DNA from: an uncultured delta proteobacterium
GTDB lineage: Bacteria; Desulfobacterota; Desulfobacteria; Desulfobacterales; UBA2156
Reading direction: 5' to 3'
DNA: 64,000 nt
Assembly: GCA_963736855.1 (NCBI GenBank)
Contig: CAVTQK010000009.1
Coordinates: forward strand, 224,001-288,000
Shown here: positions 20,298 through 29,152 of the stretch, piece after piece
How positions within the stretch are numbered: position 1 is the first letter of the stretch
Layout: every line of letters begins with the position of its first letter
Made by a program: the position numbers and the translations under genes
Notes under the pieces: generated by a model
What the model was told of the DNA's origin: nothing
Database searches by the model: none
Seen by the model: the letters and a program-made list of their open reading frames with translations, nothing else

Positions 20298-20718
20298 CTT
20301 AAGATCAGCGATAGCCAAGCATTTTCTTGAGAAATAAATTGAAATACCTTGTCGATTCATGTAGATAGGTATTGCTCAAACACCACACGACCCGAACCAA
20401 CGAAGTGAAAGCGATGATAAAACAAACGTTGCTGCCATTCAAGCGGGAAGATTCCAAGGATCTGACCACGGCATACGCGGGCTTTTTATATTGATGAAAT
20501 CGTAAAAAGCCCGATTTTTCTCGCGCCGCAAGTCTTTTCGGAAGATCCAAAGGGTTTCGCTAAATCTCAAGAACTCGGCACAAGTGCCTCAAACAGCTTG
20601 AGATTTTTAACGCTCAACCCTTTTCCTCTCTTTTCCGAAAAGACTTGAATGGCGCTCATAAAACCTTTTTACGAAGCTATCAATATTATTTTTCGCATAA
20701 TCAATCGCGGATTTTAGG
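20298..20718 (+). mobile_element. internally deleted IS1380-like element
   Basis: Imperfect 15-bp TIRs (cttaagatcagcgat 20298-20312 / atcgcggattttagg 20704-20718, 12/15); ORF stub MIKQTLLPFKREDSKDLTTAYAG at 20414 resembling IS1380 transposase N-termini. Confidence 0.55.
20488..20686. repeat. MITE-like foldback element, copy 1
   Basis: TIRs atattgatgaaatcgtaaaaag / ctttttacgaagctatcaatat plus nested internal inverted repeats. Confidence 0.85.
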
Positions 20719-20913
20719 TGGCGCCAACTGGTTGCATCGGTTCATTAGAAAATGATATGGGGAATTGGGCTGTCGCTTCCGAAAAACGTACTGATACCAG
20801 ACTCCGACATCCAGAATATACCCTGCAGTTGCATAAAAAAACATGACATGGTATAGAAAAAAGAATGATAACAGAGCGTTTGAATACGTTTAGGTATGGT
20901 TCGCGAATAAACT

Positions 20914-21102
20914 TTGATGGCTTGTAAAAAGGTTTTGTGAGCGCCATTCAAGTCTTTTCGGAAAAAAGAGGCAAAGGGATGAGCGTTAAAAATCTCAAGC
21001 TGTTTAAGGCACTTGTACCGAGTTCTTGAGATTTAGCGAAACCCTTTGGATCTTCCGAAAAGACTTGCGGCGCGAGAAAAATCAGCCTTTTACGATTTCA
21101 TC
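20914..21102. repeat. MITE-like foldback element, copy 2 (inverted relative to copy 1)
   Basis: Reverse complement matches 20491-20683 with roughly ten differences by eye. Confidence 0.85.
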
Positions 21103-21229
21103 TACTTTTCCCAAAATGGATCAGGCCCAGGAGATCGAAAAAGACTTCACCCAGGAGATGGCAATTCAGGAAGCCCGGCGGTGCCTCCAGTGCGGTTTGA
21201 TTTGTTATCAAGATGTCCAGCCTGATTAA
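21103..21229 (+). pseudogene. C-terminal remnant of an FAD-dependent oxidoreductase (GltD-like / RnfB-fused type)
   Basis: EIEKDFTQEMAIQEARRCLQCGLICY tail; recognisable coding sequence begins just after the end of MITE copy 2. Confidence 0.7.
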
Positions 21230-21300
21230 AACGACATTTCAGTTGCGGCATCCTGAGGACACGCCATACCGGTTCAGGGCTTGAAGAGAGGGGGTTGTGC

Positions 21301-21738
21301 TTGACCACGGAAGAAGGGATCGTTATTGACGTTAAAGGGGAAATCGCACGCATCAAGACTCAAAAGACCGGTGCCTGTGAATCATGCTCGGTCAAAAGCT
21401 CCTGTCATACCTTCGGCGGCGGAAAGGACATGGAAGTGGATGCTATTAATGTCGCAGGCGCCCGGATCGGCGACCGAGTCGTAATGGGATTCGAGACAGG
21501 TTCACTGGTTAAAGCTTCCTTTCTCTTGTACTTATTACCTATCCTGTCGATGATGGTGGGAGGTTTCCTGGGCCAGGAGGTTGCGCCTGTGTTGGGTTTT
21601 AAGCCTGCCGGCCTCTCAGTCGGAGCCGCATTTTTATTCCTGGGGCTTTCCTTTATTTTTGTCAGGGCCAAGGGTCATCGCATGGGCCTGAAAGAATCCT
21701 ATCAACCTAAAATCATTCGTATTTTAGAAAGAGCATGA
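21301..21738 (+). CDS. RseC/MucC family protein
   Basis: EEG.V, CESCSVKSSC, A.IGDRV, LYLLP and two TM helices; TTG start assumed. Confidence 0.88.
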   Translation: MTTEEGIVIDVKGEIARIKTQKTGACESCSVKSSCHTFGGGKDMEVDAINVAGARIGDRVVMGFETGSLVKASFLLYLLPILSMMVGGFLGQEVAPVLGFKPAGLSVGAAFLFLGLSFIFVRAKGHRMGLKESYQPKIIRILERA

Positions 21739-21906
21739 TGGCGGGGAAGGTGCATTGGGCCGATTTTGAACGGCTATCTTAGAGGGCGGAATCAAGCATT
21801 TTTTTAGATCGATCATTTCTGATAAAAAATAGGAATTCACAGGTCTTTGTCCGTTTTTTCATCAGCCTCGTTTTGAGAACCCCAATCGTTTGTTTTTCTG
21901 CTTTTT

Positions 21907-22833
21907 CTAGAGTGCTCCTCCCATTACACAATTTCTTCCCTCTTTCTTAGCTTCATATAAATAGTGATCTGCCATGGAAATCATCTTTTCAGGTGAGATT
22001 TTATCATCAGGAGAATCCGCAGTGAAACCGGTAATTCCAAAGCTGATTGTCACCCCTACGCTTGTTTGGTTCAGATCGATGGCTCTATCTGCGACTGTTT
22101 GTCGGAGCCTTTCGGCGGCTTGCAAGGCAAAGCGGAACTCGGTTTCAGGAAGAACCAGGAGGAACTCCTCGCCGCCGAATCGAACCACCCAATCTATTCC
22201 CTTTCGAACAGATTCATTAAGACAATTGGCAACGTTTTTAAGGACTATGTCCCCGGCTGCATGTCCGTGGGTGTCGTTGACGCTTTTGAAATAATCGATG
22301 TCACATAGGACAATGGAAAGGGAACGTCCGTATCTTCTGGATCTCGTGATTTCCTGGGGAAGACGTTCGTTGAGGTATCTTCGGTTATAACATCCGGTCA
22401 TGGGGTCGGTCATGGAAAGAGCCTTGATCTTCTCGGCGGCGGCTTTGAGGGATTTTTCCAGCTCAAGAATACGGATGCCTGTGCGGATGCGCGCCGTCAG
22501 CTCGGCGTGGAGAACGGGCTTGGTGAGATAATCGTCGGCTCCGGCTTCAAGCCCCTCGATGATGTCCGCCTTGGAATCCTTTGCGGTGAGAAGAACGAAA
22601 AAGATGTATCCGGGCAGCGACATTTTGCGGATGGCCCTGCACAACTCAACGCCGTCCATTCCGGGCATGAGCCAATCGCTGAGAATAATAGGGAAAAACC
22701 GATCCCGGAATACCTTCAGGGCTTCATGGCCGTTTTCGGTGGCAACGACATCATATCCGGCATTGGCTAAAATTTTATAAAGAATGTTACGGGAGACCGG
22801 ATTGTCTTCCACGATGAGTATGGGAAATGGCAT
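21907..22833 (-). CDS. response-regulator diguanylate cyclase (REC-GGDEF)
   Basis: ILIVEDN..SDWLMPGMDG..GADDYLTKP; TDPMTG..DIDYFK..RFGGEEF. Confidence 0.93.
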   Translation of the reverse strand: MPFPILIVEDNPVSRNILYKILANAGYDVVATENGHEALKVFRDRFFPIILSDWLMPGMDGVELCRAIRKMSLPGYIFFVLLTAKDSKADIIEGLEAGADDYLTKPVLHAELTARIRTGIRILELEKSLKAAAEKIKALSMTDPMTGCYNRRYLNERLPQEITRSRRYGRSLSIVLCDIDYFKSVNDTHGHAAGDIVLKNVANCLNESVRKGIDWVVRFGGEEFLLVLPETEFRFALQAAERLRQTVADRAIDLNQTSVGVTISFGITGFTADSPDDKISPEKMISMADHYLYEAKKEGRNCVMGGAL

Positions 22834-22921
22834 AGATGACTTCTTTTCTATAATCGGAACCCTTCTGGCATTCTCATTAGATCATACGGCACGAGCACAC
22901 ATTTCTGATTCGGGTTCCGGT

Positions 22922-23239
22922 TCACGGATGAAGCATTGCCGCGATATCCCGTATCTGATCTTTGAGTCGATGAATCGGTATCAAGATCTCCTCCCACCGG
23001 TTGTCCCGTGCGTCGGCTTCAAGCTTTCTGGCCGCTTCGTATATTTCCATGAAGCCCAAATTTCCGGAAGCGCCCTTGATGGAATGAATAGCCCTTGCCG
23101 CCGTTTCCGTATCTTTCGCATCTACGGCCGAAAGGGCCTTGTCCAGATCAGCCGTGGATGTATCGACGAAAAGCTCCAGTAGTTCTTTGAACTCATCCAA
23201 ATTCAATCCCAAGTCATCCGCCAGTTTATGAAAGTCCAT
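22922..23239 (-). CDS. Hpt domain protein
   Basis: HSIKGASGNLG phospho-His motif. Confidence 0.9.
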   Translation of the reverse strand: MDFHKLADDLGLNLDEFKELLELFVDTSTADLDKALSAVDAKDTETAARAIHSIKGASGNLGFMEIYEAARKLEADARDNRWEEILIPIHRLKDQIRDIAAMLHP

Positions 23240-23459
23240 ATCCCCTCCTCAACCGGGTGCAGTACCGCCTGCCATCGATTCGTCAAGGCAGAGTGCAAAC
23301 ATGGATTTGAATAGATGTCCATGAAGCGACAACCACCCAAAACACCTTTTTTGTCTATTTTTTTTAACCTGATAGCGCATGGTCACGGGAATTTCAATAT
23401 GAAAGAGCGGTCATGCCAAAGACTTAAAACACCCCTGTGTAAACTGACGACATCACTTT

Positions 23460-23875
23460 TTATGATCCATAAGGGCGGCTAAAACGTGCCAAGACCGCCG
23501 CCTGCACGCCACATCCATCAAGCAGCATCAGTATCCAATTGCGAAAGGTTCTTGAAAGAATCCCTTCCCTTTCCCACCGCCTTGCGGAAGTGAATGCCCG
23601 GGCATTTAGGATGACGATCTTTCCACCCATCTTTCGGATTCGGTGTATGAACGTTATATCTTCCATGATGGGAATTTCCGGATATCCGCCGATTCGGTCG
23701 AAAAAGCGTATCGAGATAAATATAGTATAGTCGCCGTAAAGGAGCTGTGCCCAGCAACTCCGGAGGCGCAAGCCGTATTCGATGATTCGAAAGATCCGCC
23801 TGCGGGATTATATGGCCTGATGAAAGGCACCGGCCGTGATATTTTTTCGACCGAATGCCAGCACGACTTTTTCAA
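23460..23875 (-). pseudogene. truncated family-2 glycosyltransferase (TIGR04283-like)
   Basis: AGAF..*..RIFRIIE..YGD..IGGYPEIPIMED..TSARRW; in-frame TAA at 23808-23810; N-terminal domain absent. Confidence 0.75.
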
Positions 23876-23978
23876 GAGTACCGGTTCGTAAAAGATACTT
23901 TTTCAAGAGTACTTTTCAGCGAAATTTATATGGATCATGAGGCGGACTAGATCGTCTCATCTCATGTTGATTTTTCGC

Positions 23979-24007
23979 TTGACCTTTGAAAATGGTTTGC
24001 ATAGTGT
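23979..24007 (+). promoter_or_regulatory. putative sigma70 promoter of the cold-shock gene
   Basis: TTGACC-N17-TAGTGT, implying a leader of about 165 nt. Confidence 0.45.
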
Positions 24008-24177
24008 CGCTGGCGGTGGAGCGGCCCGATGGCAGGCTTGGGAAGGATTTTCAAAGCCGGCGGGGCTGGGCGGTCCGGTACGATGAGGTCGATTTCGCTT
24101 GAAGGAACGGTTCCTTTGCCGGCGTAACGACCAAACGTCTGGTTCAACTTTGCAACGCTTGAAAGGAGGTCAGAGCT

Positions 24178-24378
24178 TTGGCAGTAGGAACGGTTAAATG
24201 GTTTAATGACAGAAAAGGGTACGGCTTCATTAACCAGGAAAACGGTCAGGATGTATTCGTGCATTACTCCTCCATCGATACCCCAGGCTTTAAAACCCTC
24301 GCGGAAGGAGACCGGGTAAGCTTTGAAGTGGAGAAGAGTGAAAGAGGCCCCGAGGCCAAGAACGTAAAAAAGCTATAG
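24178..24378 (+). CDS. cold-shock protein (CspA family)
   Basis: GTVKWFN..KGYGFI, DVFVHYS; TTG start after AAGGAGGT. Confidence 0.95.
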   Translation: MAVGTVKWFNDRKGYGFINQENGQDVFVHYSSIDTPGFKTLAEGDRVSFEVEKSERGPEAKNVKKL

Positions 24379-24395
24379 CCTGTCCCGACATATCA

Positions 24396-24433
24396 AAGGC
24401 ATCTGTGTTTGAACCCGGATGCCTTTTTTATTT
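24396..24433 (+). terminator. intrinsic terminator after csp
   Basis: aaaggcatctg...cggatgccttt stem followed by a T-run. Confidence 0.75.
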
Positions 24434-24594
24434 GAAAACAATATCCATCCTGTGTGCGCTATTCTCAGACAACTGAACGTTGATTCATTTTCTAGCCTGA
24501 TCCATCAGGTAATCGACCATTCGATATTTCCCCCCGGCGTGTGCTATCTTAATATGAAACCGGTTTGAATAATTAGATACAGTTCATTTTCCCC

Positions 24595-24641
24595 TTGACA
24601 GGATGATTGAGGGGCTGATAAATGAATGAACATTCATTCAT
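24595..24641 (+). promoter_or_regulatory. promoter overlapped by TetR operator (ATGAATGAACATTCATTCAT)
   Basis: TTGACA 24595-24600, ATAAAT 17 nt later, 20-bp palindrome at 24622-24641. Confidence 0.8.
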
Positions 24642-24646
24642 AATCC

Positions 24647-25276
24647 TTGCCGTTTAAAGAGGAGTGTACCATTTACAGTCAGGAGAAAAGAAACGATAAA
24701 TATCACCGCATCCTCGAAGCGGCAATCAAGGTGTTTGCCGAACAGGGTTTTTATCAATCCTCCGTCTCCCAAATTGCCAGAGAGGCCGGTGTTGCCGACG
24801 GAACGATCTATTTATATTTCAAAAACAAAGACGATATCCTGATCCAATTTTTCCAGCACAAAACCAAGCAGGTCTTCGAACGTTTCAAGGAGGCGGTGAA
24901 TAAAGGGGATAGTGCCATAGAAAAATTGCGGAACCTGATCCGGTTACACCTCAAGGCTTTTCAGGATGACCGGAACATGGCTGTTGTTTACCAGACGGAA
25001 ACGCACCAGATCAACCGATCGGCGGAAGAACAGATCAAGGCAATGTCCAAGATGTATTTGGATCTGCTTTCCGAGATCATCGACCAGGGTCAGGAAGAGG
25101 GAAGTGTTCGAAAAGATTTATATCTTGGCCTGGTGAAAAGGTTTATGGTGGGTGCCATCGACGAAGTGATCAATACGTGGCTGCATTCTAAAACCGGATA
25201 CGATCTGGTTTCCATGGCGGATCCGTTGGTGGAATTGCTGATCAACGGGGTCGGTACCTCCCGGGACAGCCAATAA
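24647..25276 (+). CDS. TetR-family regulator, FadR/YsiA-like
   Basis: ILEAAIKVFAEQGF..IAREAGVADGTIYLYFKNKDDIL; start codon uncertain. Confidence 0.9.
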   Translation: MPFKEECTIYSQEKRNDKYHRILEAAIKVFAEQGFYQSSVSQIAREAGVADGTIYLYFKNKDDILIQFFQHKTKQVFERFKEAVNKGDSAIEKLRNLIRLHLKAFQDDRNMAVVYQTETHQINRSAEEQIKAMSKMYLDLLSEIIDQGQEEGSVRKDLYLGLVKRFMVGAIDEVINTWLHSKTGYDLVSMADPLVELLINGVGTSRDSQ

Positions 25277-25294
25277 AGTTTTAGGGGAAAATCG

Positions 25295-27106
25295 ATGAAA
25301 GGGATATCTGAGATGGAAAAGAGAAAAGTGTTTGCAGGCGGAGAATTCCTCATTGCGGACATCAAGCCGGAGGATATCTTTGTGCCTGAAGAGATGTCCA
25401 AAGAACACCAGATGATCTATCAGGCGGCCGTGGATTTCGTTAAAAAAGAGATCCAGCCGAACATGGATCGTATCGAGGAAAAGGATGTATCGTATATCCG
25501 CTCCCTCTTTAAAATGGCGGGGGAGTTAGGCCTCAACGGCACCGATATTCCGGAAGAGTATGGCGGCGAGGGAATGGACAAGATCAGCACATGTCTGGTA
25601 ACTGAAGCCATTGCCAGCTCCACCGGAGCGTCTTTTGCGGTGGCACACGGAGCCCATACCGGCATCGGCACTCTTCCCATTGTTTATTTTGGCAACGAAG
25701 ACCAAAAAAAACGGTATCTTGGAAAACTGGCCACCGGCGAGTGGATTGCCGCCTATTGCCTGACTGAGCCCAATGCAGGTTCCGATGCGTTGAATGCTCA
25801 GACAACGGCGGTGCTCTCCGAAGAGGGGACGCACTATCTGATCAACGGCGAGAAGATTTACATCACCAACGGCCAATGGGCCGATCTGTTCATCGTGTAT
25901 GCCAAGGTAGACGGTGAAAAGTTCACCGGCTTCATCGTCGAGCGGAACTTTCCAGGGGTTTCCCACGGACCGGAAGAAAAGAAACTGGGGATAAAAGGAT
26001 CCTCCACTACCCCGATTGTGTTTAAGGACTGCCGAGTCCCGGTGGAAAACGTTTTATTCGAGGTGGGCAAAGGGCACAAAATCGCTTTCAATGTCTTAAA
26101 CATCGGCCGATACAAGCTAGGGGCGAGCGTGGTGGGTGGTTGCAAGATCGGAGTTGCTGAAGCGGCCAAGTACGCCACCATGAGGGAACAGTTCGGGAAA
26201 AAAATCTGCTCTTTCGGCATGATCAAGAATAAGTTGGCCGATATGAGCATTAAAACCTACATCGCAGAATCGATGGTGTATCGCGTGTCTGCAGCCTTAG
26301 AAGATATCTTGAGCGCCAGGACTCCCGAAGAGCGAAAAAATCCCGATGTCAACGCCCGTACCATTGAGGAGTATGCCATCGAGTGCTCCATTGCCAAGGT
26401 CTTCGGCAGCGAAACCCTTGATTTTTGCGTCGACGAGCTGTTGCAGATTCATGGAGGAAACGGATATACGGCCGAGTATCCGGCGGAGCGGATGTACCGG
26501 GATGCCCGGATCAACCGCATCTTCGAAGGGACAAATGAGATCAATCGACTGTTAATAGGCGCTACACTCTTCAGGCGGGCCATGAAAGGGAGGCTCGCTG
26601 TTTTAGAGGCTATTCAAAAGGTCCAGGAGATGTTGACAAAGGGATCCCCGGAATCCGCCGGAACAACGGACCCTTCACCCCTTGCCTTGCAGAAGCGTTA
26701 TATGCTGTCGAGCAAGAAGATCTTCCTTCTAGCAGCAGGAATTGCAGCCAACCAGCTCATGATCAGGCTGGAGAAGGAGCAGGAGGTCGTCGCACTGTTG
26801 GCGGAGATAGTGATGGAAATCTATGCCATGGAAAGCAGCCTGCTGCGGGCACAAAAAGTTCAGCAAAAAAAGGGCGCTGCCGCAAGTGACTATCATGGCG
26901 CAGCGGTGAAGGTCTATATCAACGACGCCATGGCCGGCATCGTATTCCGGGCCAAACAGGTGGTTGCCTTCGCGGAGAAAAAGGATCGACTGCCCCGATT
27001 GTTTGCCACCATCGATGCTCTGGCCGACTACCAGCCCATCGACACCATACCGTTGAGGCGATTCATCGCCGATAAAGTGATCAAGGGGAAAAAATACCCC
27101 TTTTAA
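25295..27106 (+). CDS. acyl-CoA dehydrogenase (long FadE-type)
   Basis: GGEFL, AYCLTEPNAGSDA, KLGIKGSST, REQFG, RINRIFEGTNEINR. Confidence 0.93.
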   Translation: MKGISEMEKRKVFAGGEFLIADIKPEDIFVPEEMSKEHQMIYQAAVDFVKKEIQPNMDRIEEKDVSYIRSLFKMAGELGLNGTDIPEEYGGEGMDKISTCLVTEAIASSTGASFAVAHGAHTGIGTLPIVYFGNEDQKKRYLGKLATGEWIAAYCLTEPNAGSDALNAQTTAVLSEEGTHYLINGEKIYITNGQWADLFIVYAKVDGEKFTGFIVERNFPGVSHGPEEKKLGIKGSSTTPIVFKDCRVPVENVLFEVGKGHKIAFNVLNIGRYKLGASVVGGCKIGVAEAAKYATMREQFGKKICSFGMIKNKLADMSIKTYIAESMVYRVSAALEDILSARTPEERKNPDVNARTIEEYAIECSIAKVFGSETLDFCVDELLQIHGGNGYTAEYPAERMYRDARINRIFEGTNEINRLLIGATLFRRAMKGRLAVLEAIQKVQEMLTKGSPESAGTTDPSPLALQKRYMLSSKKIFLLAAGIAANQLMIRLEKEQEVVALLAEIVMEIYAMESSLLRAQKVQQKKGAAASDYHGAAVKVYINDAMAGIVFRAKQVVAFAEKKDRLPRLFATIDALADYQPIDTIPLRRFIADKVIKGKKYPF

Positions 27107-27212
27107 TGTTTTTGCAAGACAAACGCACGGCGGCGATGCTTTCATGCACCCCCGGATGTTTGTTTTTCCATTCCAATCGTTTTGCCGTTTTCGGTGCGGT
27201 ATCGTCGATTGT

Positions 27213-28913
27213 CTAAGAAGCCTTACGCCTTTTGATCTCTTCGCCTCTTAATTCTTTTCTCAATACTTTTCCTACCGTGGATTTGGGGAGCTCTTTTCGA
27301 AACTCGATTTCGGTGGGAAGCTTGTATTTGGCCAGGCGGGTTTGACAATGGGCCATCAATTCCTCGGCGGTCGCATCCTCCCCTTCTTTGAGCACCACGA
27401 AAACCTTGATCGCCTCTCCCCGGGTCGGGTGAGGGATCCCGATGGAGCAAACCTCCAGGACTTTGGGATGGTCATAAAACACTTCGTCGATTTCTCTCGG
27501 ATAGACGTTGTACCCGCCGGAGATAACCATATCTTTTTTCCGATCGACGATATAAAAGTACCCCTCTTCGTCCATTTTGGCGATGTCGCCGGTGTGCAGC
27601 CAACCATCTGTCAAAACAACCTTTGTTTCTTCGGGCTTGTTCCAGTAGCCCTTCATGACCTGTGGACCTTTGATGAGCAGTTCCCCTGATTCTTGCACCG
27701 GCATTTCCTTCTGCCAGTCTTCGAGAGCCGAAATGCGGCATTCCGTGTCGGAAATGGGCAAGCCCACACTTCCTACCTTACGCTGGCCCCCGCTGAAGGG
27801 GTTGATATGGGTGACCGGCGTAGTCTCGGTGAGGCCGAACCCCTCAACAATCACCGCTCCGGTTTTGGCTTCGAAATCGTGGATGACTTCCACAGGCAAC
27901 GGCGCACTTCCGGAAAAGCACCCCTTGATGCAAGTGAGATCGGTCTTGTGAATGTCCGGGTGGTTGAGCATACCGATGTACATGGTGGGAACCAGGGGAG
28001 CAAAGGTGGGTTTGAATTTCCGGATGGCTTCCAGCAGAGGCTCCGGCTGGGGTTTTGGGATCAGGATTTGCCCCCATCCCATGTAGACGGCAAAATTCAT
28101 GGAGGCCGACAGCCCGAAAACATGAAAGTAAGGTAACGCCCCCAGCATGATCTCCTTGCCTTTTTTAAACTGGGGAAACCATGCACAAGTTTGCTGGACC
28201 TGCTTGCTCAAGTTTTCGTGGGTCAGCATGACTCCTTTGGAGACGCCGGTGGTTCCTCCGGTGTATTGCAGCATGGCAATCTCGTCAAAGGAAAGCATTA
28301 CCCGGGGCGGATCCGGGGAATGGGTTTCCAATACCTTTTTCCAGCGGTAAAGCCTTTCGGCAGGCTTGACGGTTGCCGAAAGCTTCTTCTTTTTGGCCAC
28401 CAGCGGAAACAGGAGATTTTTCGGAAAAGGAAGGTAGTCGCCGATGGAAGTGTAAATGATTGTTTCAATATGAGTTTTGGGTCGAAGATCGATCATGCGG
28501 TTAGCCAAAAGATCCAGAGTGATCAAGATCTTGGCTTGGGAATCATTGAACTGATGCTCCAGTTCCCAATCCGAATAGAGGGGGTTGTTCATCACCACGA
28601 CACCGCCGATCTTCAGTGCCGCATAGTAACTGATGACGCAGGGGATCAGGTTCGGCAGGAGAATAGCGACCCTGTCGCCCTTTCGGATACCGAAGTCGTT
28701 CAACGCCCGGGCAAACCGGTCGACCATCTCGTTCATTTCCCGGAAAGAGATGGAATAACCCTGAAACAGGAGTGCCATATGGTCCGGGAAATTCCGGGTC
28801 GAGTCTTCTAAAAAACCAGGCATGCACTTGGTTTCATAATCGATGTGTTCCGGAACGCCCGGCTCATAATGGGAAAGCCACGGTTTGTCTTCGTATCTGA
28901 CTTTCTGGGTCAT
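27213..28913 (-). CDS. long-chain-fatty-acid--CoA ligase
   Basis: QYTGGTTGVSKG, EGFGLTE, TGD, DRKKDM, GKVLR. Confidence 0.92.
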   Translation of the reverse strand: MTQKVRYEDKPWLSHYEPGVPEHIDYETKCMPGFLEDSTRNFPDHMALLFQGYSISFREMNEMVDRFARALNDFGIRKGDRVAILLPNLIPCVISYYAALKIGGVVVMNNPLYSDWELEHQFNDSQAKILITLDLLANRMIDLRPKTHIETIIYTSIGDYLPFPKNLLFPLVAKKKKLSATVKPAERLYRWKKVLETHSPDPPRVMLSFDEIAMLQYTGGTTGVSKGVMLTHENLSKQVQQTCAWFPQFKKGKEIMLGALPYFHVFGLSASMNFAVYMGWGQILIPKPQPEPLLEAIRKFKPTFAPLVPTMYIGMLNHPDIHKTDLTCIKGCFSGSAPLPVEVIHDFEAKTGAVIVEGFGLTETTPVTHINPFSGGQRKVGSVGLPISDTECRISALEDWQKEMPVQESGELLIKGPQVMKGYWNKPEETKVVLTDGWLHTGDIAKMDEEGYFYIVDRKKDMVISGGYNVYPREIDEVFYDHPKVLEVCSIGIPHPTRGEAIKVFVVLKEGEDATAEELMAHCQTRLAKYKLPTEIEFRKELPKSTVGKVLRKELRGEEIKRRKAS

Positions 28914-29065
28914 GTTTCCTCCTTCCGCTCCTGTTGATGAGTGTTTCTCTGTCCGCCAGGGTGTCCCCTGAAATTCCGTAGAAATCTTTACTAGCCAGAT
29001 TCGAAAGATTTGTCAACGCGATGGCGCATATTGATTGATGCGCTTTTCCCGGCCGCATTTTTTTC

Positions 29066-29112
29066 TTGACAGGATCACCCGGCATTGCATAAATGAATGA
29101 GTATTCATTCAT
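29066..29112 (+). promoter_or_regulatory. promoter overlapped by second TetR operator (ATGAATGAGTATTCATTCAT)
   Basis: TTGACA 29066-29071, ATAAAT 17 nt later, palindrome at 29093-29112; same layout as 24595-24641. Confidence 0.8.
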
Positions 29113-29152
29113 TGCCTTCTAATTTGAAAGACATCAACAGGAAAAGATACGA

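Noticed and set aside
20305..21102. ORFs 20305..20550, 20714..20947, 20745..20951 and the 5' part of 21026..21229
   Set aside because: They read through repeat DNA and show no protein-like motifs
24472..24590. Additional TetR operator sites (tgaacgttgattca; tgaataattagatacagttca)
   Set aside because: Poor match and wrong spacing relative to the two clear palindromes
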